Source: an uncultured virus (IMG/VR IMGVR_UViG_3300020151_001403) (lineage: Duplodnaviria > Heunggongvirae > Uroviricota > Caudoviricetes). From it: DNA of 64,000 nt. The notes beneath the pieces are model-generated. The model saw only the letters and a program-made list of their open reading frames with translations. It was not told the DNA's origin and ran no database searches. How positions within the stretch are numbered: position 1 is the first letter of the stretch; each line of letters starts with the position of its first letter. The stretch is from IMG/VR virus record IMGVR_UViG_3300020151_001403. One strand, written 5' to 3'. Shown here one piece after another: positions 18,875 to 27,067 of the stretch. Position numbers and translations under genes: made by a program.

Positions 18875-20128
18875 ATGGCAACACCTAAACGAAAAAACGA
18901 TATAAGTGTATACAATAGTAAAAGTGGTATGGATGGTCAAGGTGTGATTGCTCGTAGACAAGAACTATTGGATAGAATTACTAAATCAGATACAAACTTA
19001 CCAGATTCTATTTTACATGATGATTTAGATATGGGTATGTTAGAGTTTATCAAAGAAAACTTTAAAATTGTTTCAGATGGTGAGATAATACCAATCATAC
19101 CAAAAATATTAACAATACAAAGATGGGCTGAATTGGAAAATAATTGGGAATTTGTTGACGAAGATAGAAATATCAAATTACCATTTATCGCAATTATTAG
19201 ACAACCAGATGTTCAACCTGGTACGAATCCTGTAACACAAAGAACAATTCCTGATAGAGATACATTTTTTTATGCTTCTGTTCCAACATGGGACGGTACA
19301 CAGGTAGGTGCTGACATATATAGAATACCACAACCAGTAGCTATTGACATCACATTTGAGGTCACAATTGTTTGTACTAAGTTTAGGGAATTAAATAAAT
19401 TTAATCAAAAGGTTTTACAAAAATTTTCATCTAGACAAGCTTATACAACAGTTAAAGGACACTATATTCCAATAGTTTTAGATACGGTAAGTGATAATAC
19501 ACCGTTGGACACAATGGATGGTCGTAGATATTATGTACAAAATTATAAATTCACAATGTTAGGTTTTTTAATTGATAGTGATGATTTTGAAATAAAACCA
19601 GCAATTAGTAGATTATTTTTAATGAATGAATTTGCAAAAGAGGGTGCACCGAGAAAAAAATATTTAAATAAGGCAGTTGATATAACGTTAGCCTCATTTA
19701 CTGCTGATGGTATGCAAACTTCATTTAGTGTAGGTGAAAGTATTGGAATATTATTTGGGGTTCAAATTAATGGTCTTACCCAAGAAAGAGATGTAGATTA
19801 TTTTCATATTGCTTACACATCAAAAATAACATTTCCAACACCACCTTTAGATGGCAGTACAATAACAATTTCATACTATAAAGGTAGAAACAATGTTATT
19901 GTTGATAATTATGGTAAAATATTACAAGTATCTAATGAATATTTCACATACGATGGGTCTAATCTTTCATTTACCACATTAAATCAAATTAATAGTGTTG
20001 TTTCTGTTGATATAAATGGTTTGATTGAAGAGGAGGGTGGGGGATTTGTAATTTCTGAAAGTAATGAAATAACGTTGACGGGAGCACCTTATATTGGTTC
20101 AGTTATTGGTGTTACGTACTTGTTTTAA
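18875..20128 (+). CDS. Tail terminator/sheath stabiliser (gp15-like) with two C-terminal beta domains
   Basis: IKLPFIAI, PQPVAIDITFEVTI, ELNKFNQKVL; ATG at 18875 immediately follows the previous stop. Confidence 0.6.
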   Translation: MATPKRKNDISVYNSKSGMDGQGVIARRQELLDRITKSDTNLPDSILHDDLDMGMLEFIKENFKIVSDGEIIPIIPKILTIQRWAELENNWEFVDEDRNIKLPFIAIIRQPDVQPGTNPVTQRTIPDRDTFFYASVPTWDGTQVGADIYRIPQPVAIDITFEVTIVCTKFRELNKFNQKVLQKFSSRQAYTTVKGHYIPIVLDTVSDNTPLDTMDGRRYYVQNYKFTMLGFLIDSDDFEIKPAISRLFLMNEFAKEGAPRKKYLNKAVDITLASFTADGMQTSFSVGESIGILFGVQINGLTQERDVDYFHIAYTSKITFPTPPLDGSTITISYYKGRNNVIVDNYGKILQVSNEYFTYDGSNLSFTTLNQINSVVSVDINGLIEEEGGGFVISESNEITLTGAPYIGSVIGVTYLF

Positions 20129-20286
20129 GAATCACCATATATATCTTTCTTTTTTGGTTTACATTGGTCATCAATCCACTTTTCAATAACTTTATAAATT
20201 TTTAATCCGTTTTTTTCACAATGAGTTTTTAACATCTCATGGTGTTTTTCACTGATTTTTACATTTTTTGATTTGTTTTCTTCCAT
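20125..20286 (-). CDS. Small ribbon-helix-helix DNA-binding protein (53 aa, absent from the ORF track)
   Basis: Translated by hand: MEENKSKNVKISEKHHEMLKTHCEKNGLKIYKVIEKWIDDQCKPKKKDIYGDS. Confidence 0.7.
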   Translation of the reverse strand: MEENKSKNVKISEKHHEMLKTHCEKNGLKIYKVIEKWIDDQCKPKKKDIYGDS

Positions 20287-20287
20287 A

Positions 20288-20372
20288 AAAGATAAATAAA
20301 GATAAAAAAAGATAATTTACTATCTTTTATGTGAAAAGTATCGAAATCTTTGGTAAAAACAAAGATATTTAT
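20288..20372. promoter_or_regulatory. AAAGATA boxes plus TATTTAT late motif between the RHH and sheath genes
   Basis: AAAGATAA at 20288, 20298 and 20308; inverted TATCTTT at 20321; AAAGATA at 20361 overlapping TATTTAT at 20366. Confidence 0.55.
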
Positions 20373-20411
20373 AATAAAACTAATAAAAAAAATTTAACCA
20401 AACATTAAACA

Positions 20412-23288
20412 ATGGCAAATTCAAACAGAGTATTTGTTTCTCCCGGTGTATACACATCCGAGAAAGACTTAACATTCGTAGCTCAAAGTGTCGGAGTAAC
20501 CACATTGGGATTAGTTGGTGAGACCTTAAAGGGTCCCGCTTTTGAACCAATTTTAATAGGTAACTTCGATGAATTCAAAACATATTTTGGTGGCACATCC
20601 CCTGAAAAGGACACCGCCAACAATCCAAAATATGAGTTACCTTACGTAGCAAAATCTTATTTACAAGAGTCAAACCAATTATTCGTAACAAGAGTATTAG
20701 GTTTAACTGGATATAAACCTTATAAAACCTTTGGTGTAAAGACTATTGGTGGTGTGATTGTTGATACGGTTACAACTCCATCTTCAGGAACTACGGTAAT
20801 GTCTGCAACAACTGCAACAATTACGGGAGCAACTTACTATGGTGAATTATCAGGTAAAACGGCATCTGATGGGATAACTTCAGTAACCAACTATATTGTA
20901 CAAAACTATAGTGGTTTTACGGGTAGTACCGGCTCATATTTTACAATCGGTCTTTTACCAAGTTCGGCAACTGCAGGTTTAACAGGCACAACTTTAACAT
21001 CACCTGTTTCATTAAACAACACAAAAGATTGGTATAACGTTTATTACAATCTTACAGGTGCAACTATGAGTACTGTTGATGGTGTTTATTCTTACGTATT
21101 CGTTTGGAATTCGACGGGAAATACTTTCAACGTAACAAGATACAAATATAGTGCAGAATTAAATACTGATTATAATAATGTAACAGTTGCGGCTTTACGT
21201 TCAAGAGGTCGATATGTTGCGGAAAAATTAACATTAGAAGTAACGGGTAACACAAGTTTCTCAGTGTCTAATGTTTCAGGTGGTAATGTTGGGACAAATC
21301 CATTAGGTGAGTTCTTAATTAACACAACAGGAATAACGAGTGGTTCTAAAGAATTTACTGTTTCATTGGATACCACATCACCAAAATATATTACTAAAGT
21401 TTTAGGAACGGGGGTATTTGATAAATCATATTCGGATTTCCCGTTATACGTTCATGAAGTATATCCTAATTTATTAGCTAAAGCATACCAAAAAGGTTAT
21501 ATCCTTGGATTGAGTTTAGATGAAGCTTATGAATTAGATGGAAATAATTTCTTAACTCAATGGGATACACCAGCATCTCCAATGGTAGTTTCTGAAGTTC
21601 GCGGTGGAGCGGTTTCTGATTTGTTTCAAGTTATTACAATATCGGACGGTGAAGGTGCTAACAACCAAGTAAAAATATCAATCATTAATATCGATTTAGA
21701 TACCACAGAATTTGATTTAGTAGTACGCGATTTTAACGATACAGACGATAATCAAGTGGCTATTGAGAAATTCTCAAGATGTTCAATGAATCCTGATTCA
21801 GTTGGTTACATTGGTAGAAAAGTTGGTACTTCAGATGGTGAATTTGAATTACGTTCAAAATATATCATGTTATCAATGGCGGATAATCATCCAAGTGATG
21901 CAATACCTGCAGGTTTTAAAGGATTTACATCAAACACTTCATTCTCTGGTACAACATTAGGTAGTGCATTATTCAAGACTGTATACTACAGTGCTGGTGA
22001 TGTTACAGGATATGAATCTGATGGAACACCAATTACTTCTAGCGGAGATAAAGTTAAGAAAGTTTCTTTAGGACTTTCTTCACAATTTGGTTACGATAAT
22101 GACTTATTAAAATATAAAGGTATATCTGCAGCAGGAGTAACTTACGGTTTTCACTTGTCTTCACAAGCGGCAACAATAACAGGTTCAACACCTTCAGGTT
22201 ATGCTTATCAATCAACACCATATAATTTAGAAGGTACCAATAAAGGATTATTATCAAACATTAACTACCGTAAATTTACATTTGCAGTGGCGGGTGGTTT
22301 TGATGGTTGGGATATATACAGAACTATTAGAACTAATAATGACAACTACGTATTTGGTAAAGCAATTTATGTAAGTGGTCATACTACAGGTTCAAAAGAT
22401 GGTGTGTTTAGTTCAACAGTTGGTAATTCAGATTATTACGCATACTTACAAGGTATCGAGACATTTGCAAACCCTGAAGCGGTTGATATTAACGTATTCG
22501 CAACTCCAGGTATTAACTTCTACGACCACAGTTCATTAGTTTCTCAAGCAATTGATATGGTTGAGAATGAAAGAGCGGATTCATTATACGTAATAAATTC
22601 ACCTAATGTAACAGGTGCAACGGCATCTGATGACGTGGTTGAATATCTTGATAACTTATCAATCGATTCTAACTACTCAGCAACTTATTGGCCTTGGATT
22701 CAAGTGAGAGACACAGATAATGCAACTCAACTTTATATCCCACCAACAGGTGAAGTTTTAAAGAACATTGCGTTAACTGATAACGTAGCGTATCCTTGGT
22801 TCGCACCGGCAGGTTATTCAAGAGGTTTGGTAAATGCAATCAAAGCAACTAAAAAATTAACTCTTGACGAAAGAGATACTCTATACAAAAATAGAATTAA
22901 CCCAATCGCAACATTTGCCGATACAGGTACTATTGTTTGGGGTAACAAAACTCTTCAAGTTAAAGAATCTGCTTTAGATAGAATCAACGTAAGAAGATTA
23001 TTATTAAGAGCAAGAAAATTAATTTCAGCAGTTGCAGTTAGATTACTATTCGAACAAAATGACGAACAAGTAAGAAATGAATTCTTAAGATTAGTTAACC
23101 CTATCTTAGAATCAATTAAGAAAGAAAGAGGATTAAATGAATTTAGAGTTGTTGTATCTAATGACCCTGAGGACATTGATGCAAACACTTTAAGAGGTAA
23201 GATTTATATCAAACCTACAAGAGCTCTTGAATTTATTGATTTGGAATTCATAATTACTCCAACAGGAGCATCATTCGAGAATATCTAA
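20412..23288 (+). CDS. Contractile tail sheath protein
   Basis: FVSPGVYTSEKD, GPAFEP, YSATYWPW, PWFAPAGYSRG, RINVRRLL, IKPTRALEFI. Confidence 0.95.
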   Translation: MANSNRVFVSPGVYTSEKDLTFVAQSVGVTTLGLVGETLKGPAFEPILIGNFDEFKTYFGGTSPEKDTANNPKYELPYVAKSYLQESNQLFVTRVLGLTGYKPYKTFGVKTIGGVIVDTVTTPSSGTTVMSATTATITGATYYGELSGKTASDGITSVTNYIVQNYSGFTGSTGSYFTIGLLPSSATAGLTGTTLTSPVSLNNTKDWYNVYYNLTGATMSTVDGVYSYVFVWNSTGNTFNVTRYKYSAELNTDYNNVTVAALRSRGRYVAEKLTLEVTGNTSFSVSNVSGGNVGTNPLGEFLINTTGITSGSKEFTVSLDTTSPKYITKVLGTGVFDKSYSDFPLYVHEVYPNLLAKAYQKGYILGLSLDEAYELDGNNFLTQWDTPASPMVVSEVRGGAVSDLFQVITISDGEGANNQVKISIINIDLDTTEFDLVVRDFNDTDDNQVAIEKFSRCSMNPDSVGYIGRKVGTSDGEFELRSKYIMLSMADNHPSDAIPAGFKGFTSNTSFSGTTLGSALFKTVYYSAGDVTGYESDGTPITSSGDKVKKVSLGLSSQFGYDNDLLKYKGISAAGVTYGFHLSSQAATITGSTPSGYAYQSTPYNLEGTNKGLLSNINYRKFTFAVAGGFDGWDIYRTIRTNNDNYVFGKAIYVSGHTTGSKDGVFSSTVGNSDYYAYLQGIETFANPEAVDINVFATPGINFYDHSSLVSQAIDMVENERADSLYVINSPNVTGATASDDVVEYLDNLSIDSNYSATYWPWIQVRDTDNATQLYIPPTGEVLKNIALTDNVAYPWFAPAGYSRGLVNAIKATKKLTLDERDTLYKNRINPIATFADTGTIVWGNKTLQVKESALDRINVRRLLLRARKLISAVAVRLLFEQNDEQVRNEFLRLVNPILESIKKERGLNEFRVVVSNDPEDIDANTLRGKIYIKPTRALEFIDLEFIITPTGASFENI

Positions 23289-23306
23289 TATGAATTAAAG
23301 GGAATT

Positions 23307-23335
23307 TGGGGGTACGATGGTATCCCCATTTTTTT
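23307..23335 (+). terminator. Intrinsic terminator after the sheath gene
   Basis: TGGGGGTAC-GATG-GTATCCCCA followed by a T run. Confidence 0.7.
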
Positions 23336-23346
23336 GCCCGGTATAA

Positions 23347-23448
23347 ACTGGAACTAGTAATACTGGTATTTATATTAATAAGCTTTATTATTATTAATTT
23401 TCTAGTAAAATAAAAGAAATTAAGTTATACTGGAACTGGTAATACTGG
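23347..23448. repeat. 20-bp direct repeat pair flanking an AT-rich spacer
   Basis: ACTGGAACTAGTAATACTGG (23347-66) and ACTGGAACTGGTAATACTGG (23429-48). Confidence 0.8.
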
Positions 23449-23570
23449 GTGTTTGTAAAAAACTAAACAAAAAAAATGACAAAGTCAAATATTATTAAAA
23501 AATAAATGACTTTTTTTAAAAGTGTATATTTATAAGAAGTAAAATAACAAAATAATATAACAAATACAAA

Positions 23571-24059
23571 ATGGCAGATTTACTAATGAAAATGCCGGTT
23601 CCATTTGAACCGAAAAGACAAAATAGATTTATTCTACGATTCCCTTCATCTATGGGTATCAACGAATGGTATGTAACATCAACTAAAAGACCTTCAGCAA
23701 AAATTACATCAACCGAAATTCCTTTTTTAAATACATCAACATATGTTGCCGGTAGATTTACTTGGGATGATATGACGGTTACATTTAAGGACCCAATTGG
23801 ACCTTCAGCTTCACAAGCTTTGATGGAATGGTTCCGTTTACACGCAGAATCGGTAACTGGTCGTATGGGATACGCTGCAGGATACAAAAAAGATATTGAA
23901 TTAGAAATGTTAGACCCAACAGGTGTTGTTGTAGAGAAATGGATTATCCAAGGAACATTTTTAACAAGTTTAGATTTTGGAGCATTGGATTATAGTCAAG
24001 ATGCAATTGCTACAATTACTTGTGGATTAAGAATGGATAGATGTATCCAAGTTTATTAA
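23571..24059 (+). CDS. Tail tube protein (gp19-like)
   Basis: Follows the sheath; EPKRQNRF, YVAGRFTWDDMTVTF, YKKDIELEMLDPTG, WIIQGTF. Confidence 0.9.
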   Translation: MADLLMKMPVPFEPKRQNRFILRFPSSMGINEWYVTSTKRPSAKITSTEIPFLNTSTYVAGRFTWDDMTVTFKDPIGPSASQALMEWFRLHAESVTGRMGYAAGYKKDIELEMLDPTGVVVEKWIIQGTFLTSLDFGALDYSQDAIATITCGLRMDRCIQVY

Positions 24060-24083
24060 TATTTTTTTAATTAAACATATATT

Positions 24084-24130
24084 ACCGGAAACCAACTTAG
24101 TAAATCTGTCTATTGGTTTCCGGTTTTATT
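24084..24130 (+). terminator. Hairpin/terminator after the tube gene
   Basis: ACCGGAAACCAA...TTGGTTTCCGGT perfect 12-bp stem followed by TTTATT. Confidence 0.65.
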
Positions 24131-24176
24131 TTATAAAAACTTTACTTTTAACTAATTATTACATAAATTAGTTTCT

Positions 24177-24926
24177 ATGGAAGAATTTAGAATTGACCCA
24201 AGTATATCATACGATGTGGTAGAGTTACCAAGTAAAGGTATCTATTACAAAAATAAAAAAAAATCAGTTAGAGTTTCATATTTAACGGCCTCAGATGAAA
24301 ATATCCTTTCTTCATCATCATTGATTAATTCAGGTGGAGTTATTGAGGAATTACTTAAAAGAAAAATTTTAGATAGGGATTTACCAATTGATGAAATTAT
24401 TGAGGAGGATAGACAGGCAATTTTAGTTTTTTTAAGAAATACCGCATTTGGTAGTGATTATAATGTTATAGTTATAGACCAAAAGACAAATGAAGAATTT
24501 GTCACTAAGGTTGATTTAAGTACATTAAAAGTAAAAGATTTTACATTAACTGAAGATTCTAACGGAGAATATTCATTTAAAATGGAAAAAAGTAAGGTAG
24601 ATATTACTTTTTCATTTTTAACACTAAAACAAGAAAAGGAAATTGATGAAATTAAAAAAAGTTGGAATGGTATTGGTGTTCCACCAATTGTAACCAAACA
24701 ACTTGAATTTATGATAAAATCAATCGGCGGAAATAGAGATATTATGAATATTAGAAATTTTATCGAAACTATGCCGATAAAAGATTCACAAGATTTTAGA
24801 AAATTTATTAATGAAAATAAACCGGGGTTGGATTTAACCCAAAAAATTACAACCCCGTCAGGAGACATAGTCCAAATTGAAATTGGATTCGGGGTTGAGT
24901 TTTTTCGACCTTTCTACGGAATATAA
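24177..24926 (+). CDS. Tail assembly chaperone / gp26-like baseplate hub assembly protein
   Basis: VELPSKGIYY, LTASDENIL, DRQAILVFLR, C-terminal GVEFFRP; lies between tube and tape measure. Confidence 0.7.
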   Translation: MEEFRIDPSISYDVVELPSKGIYYKNKKKSVRVSYLTASDENILSSSSLINSGGVIEELLKRKILDRDLPIDEIIEEDRQAILVFLRNTAFGSDYNVIVIDQKTNEEFVTKVDLSTLKVKDFTLTEDSNGEYSFKMEKSKVDITFSFLTLKQEKEIDEIKKSWNGIGVPPIVTKQLEFMIKSIGGNRDIMNIRNFIETMPIKDSQDFRKFINENKPGLDLTQKITTPSGDIVQIEIGFGVEFFRPFYGI

Positions 24927-25059
24927 AAAAAATCAATTAGACGAAATATTATTTTTAATCAAAAGAGGGTTCTCTTATGGTGATATTTTTACTATGCCCA
25001 CCTTTATTCGAAAGTATTATGTCAACTATATGATAGAATTAGAATCAGAAAATAAATAA
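24877..25059 (+). CDS. Overlapping +1-frame ORF, probable frameshift extension of the chaperone
   Basis: No ATG in the 5' half; GFSYGDIFTMPTFIRKYY resembles chaperone GT/gp51-like tails. Confidence 0.6.
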   Translation: MKLDSGLSFFDLSTEYKKNQLDEILFLIKRGFSYGDIFTMPTFIRKYYVNYMIELESENK

Positions 25060-25076
25060 ACGTTCTATTTATATGT

Positions 25077-27026
25077 ATGGCAGATGATAGAAAACTACAA
25101 GACTTAGCTAGAAACAATCCAAATAAGTTTGAAGAATACTACAAACAAAATGTAGATAAAAACGCAAATGGTGCAACCATAGCTGGAAAACAGTCATATT
25201 ATAAAAATTTAGATTTATCGAAAGTAAGGTCAAGTGGTTCATCCGACTCGTCCGATTATTCAGGTGGTCGTACTAGTACCGATATCGGTGGTGGTTTATT
25301 AGGTGGTGGTTTATTAGGCGGTGCGGTTGCTGCGGCAGGTAAAGTACTTGGTATAGGTAATGATGTAATAAAAGGTATTGCAAATTTATCGAATGAGGTC
25401 ATAGAAAGTCAAATGGGTAAAGGAGGTGACAATTCCGCAATCTCAAAACTATTAGGTGTTGTAGGTGAATCGGGATTAAACCCAATCGATATGATAACGA
25501 AAGTTGCTAAATTAGCAAAACAAGAAGGTTTAGCTCAACTTAAACAAGAATCAGAATTATTATCTGAAATTAATACTAAAACTGGTATAAGTGGAGAATT
25601 ATCTCAAGGATTAAGGGATGATATGATAAATGCACAAGTTCAGGCAGCAAGATACGGAATAACATTATCACAGATTGGTGAATTTTACACCAGTTTATCA
25701 GAAAAATCTGGAAAATTTTCTTTAATAAATAGAAAAACTATTGAGGAAGCAGCACCCGTGGCGGCTTCACTTGGAATGTCAATGTCAAGTCTCGCCGAAA
25801 CTATTGGTGAATTTGAGAATGTTGGTATCGGTGCTAAAGAAACTATTAAAACGGTTGGAGAAGCGGCAACAAAGGCGGTTTCATTGGGATTAAATGCTAA
25901 AACAATTGCAACACAAATGAGTGCCAGTATAAAAGACCTTAATAGTTATGGTTTTCAAAATGGTGTAAAAGGTCTCGAAAGAATGGTTCAAAAATCTGTT
26001 GAGTTTAAACTTAGCATGAGTAGTGTCTTAAAAATAGCTGATGAAGTTATGGACCCATCAAAGGCAATTGATTTAGCTGCTAATTTACAAGTGTTAGGTG
26101 GTGCCATAGGAAGTTTTGGTGACCCATTAAAAATGATGTATGAGGCAACGAATAATGTTGAGGGTTTACAAGATTCATTAATAGGTGCAGCTAGTTCATT
26201 GGCGACATATAATCAAGAACAGGGTAGATTTGAAATTACCGGAATTAATTTAAGAAGAGCTCGAGAGATGTCCAAAGCATTGAACGTGGATATGGGTGAA
26301 TTGACTAAAACTGCGATTGCTTCACAGGAAAGATTACAAGCATCAACCGCATTAATGTCAAGAGGTCTTCAAATGGATGACAAAGAGAAAGAGTTCTTAA
26401 TTAACTTAGGTAGGATGCAAGGTGGGGAAATGAAAATTGTTATACCTGAAAGTTTACAGAAAAAATTTGGAGACCAAACAGAAATTTCAATGAGTAAATT
26501 AACTGAGGCTCAAAAAGCAACTTTATTAGAAAATAAAAAAGTTTTTGAAGAAATGAATCCACAAAAAATGGCGATGGCACAACTTACGGAGACACAACAA
26601 ATGTCACGAGGTATCGATGTAGTTGCATCTTATTTTAGGGTTTTAGCTACACGAGATTTAAAAAATACGGCAGAAAATAAACTTGGAGACGAGGCAAAAG
26701 CAATGAGAATTGCGGTTGAAAAATATTCGGAAGGATTGAAGATAGGTCCAGACGAGTCGAAAAAAACAAAAAGTAATACAAGTACATCAACTACGATGGG
26801 TATTATTAGTGAAAATGCAAATGATTTAACTAAAAAATTAATTGAGGTTTACGATAATTTTAATAAGATAGGTGTAAATACTACCCAAAAAATCGATAAA
26901 AATGTTAACCTTACAATTAACAGTAATAATCAGGGGGACGCTCTTAGAAGACAAATGGAACAAAATTCGTCAGTGGTGGCGGAAATTAAGAATTTAACAA
27001 CATCAGATGACCGTAAATACGTTTAA
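25077..27026 (+). CDS. Tape measure protein
   Basis: Helical, A/G/S/L/K-rich, 649 aa, directly after the chaperone pair. Confidence 0.7.
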   Translation: MADDRKLQDLARNNPNKFEEYYKQNVDKNANGATIAGKQSYYKNLDLSKVRSSGSSDSSDYSGGRTSTDIGGGLLGGGLLGGAVAAAGKVLGIGNDVIKGIANLSNEVIESQMGKGGDNSAISKLLGVVGESGLNPIDMITKVAKLAKQEGLAQLKQESELLSEINTKTGISGELSQGLRDDMINAQVQAARYGITLSQIGEFYTSLSEKSGKFSLINRKTIEEAAPVAASLGMSMSSLAETIGEFENVGIGAKETIKTVGEAATKAVSLGLNAKTIATQMSASIKDLNSYGFQNGVKGLERMVQKSVEFKLSMSSVLKIADEVMDPSKAIDLAANLQVLGGAIGSFGDPLKMMYEATNNVEGLQDSLIGAASSLATYNQEQGRFEITGINLRRAREMSKALNVDMGELTKTAIASQERLQASTALMSRGLQMDDKEKEFLINLGRMQGGEMKIVIPESLQKKFGDQTEISMSKLTEAQKATLLENKKVFEEMNPQKMAMAQLTETQQMSRGIDVVASYFRVLATRDLKNTAENKLGDEAKAMRIAVEKYSEGLKIGPDESKKTKSNTSTSTTMGIISENANDLTKKLIEVYDNFNKIGVNTTQKIDKNVNLTINSNNQGDALRRQMEQNSSVVAEIKNLTTSDDRKYV

Positions 27027-27067
27027 TTAAAATAAAATAATCTCTATTTATTAGAAAACAAACATAG

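Noticed and set aside
23516..23887. 123 aa minus-strand ORF
   Set aside because: Antisense to the well-supported tail tube gene; no recognisable motifs
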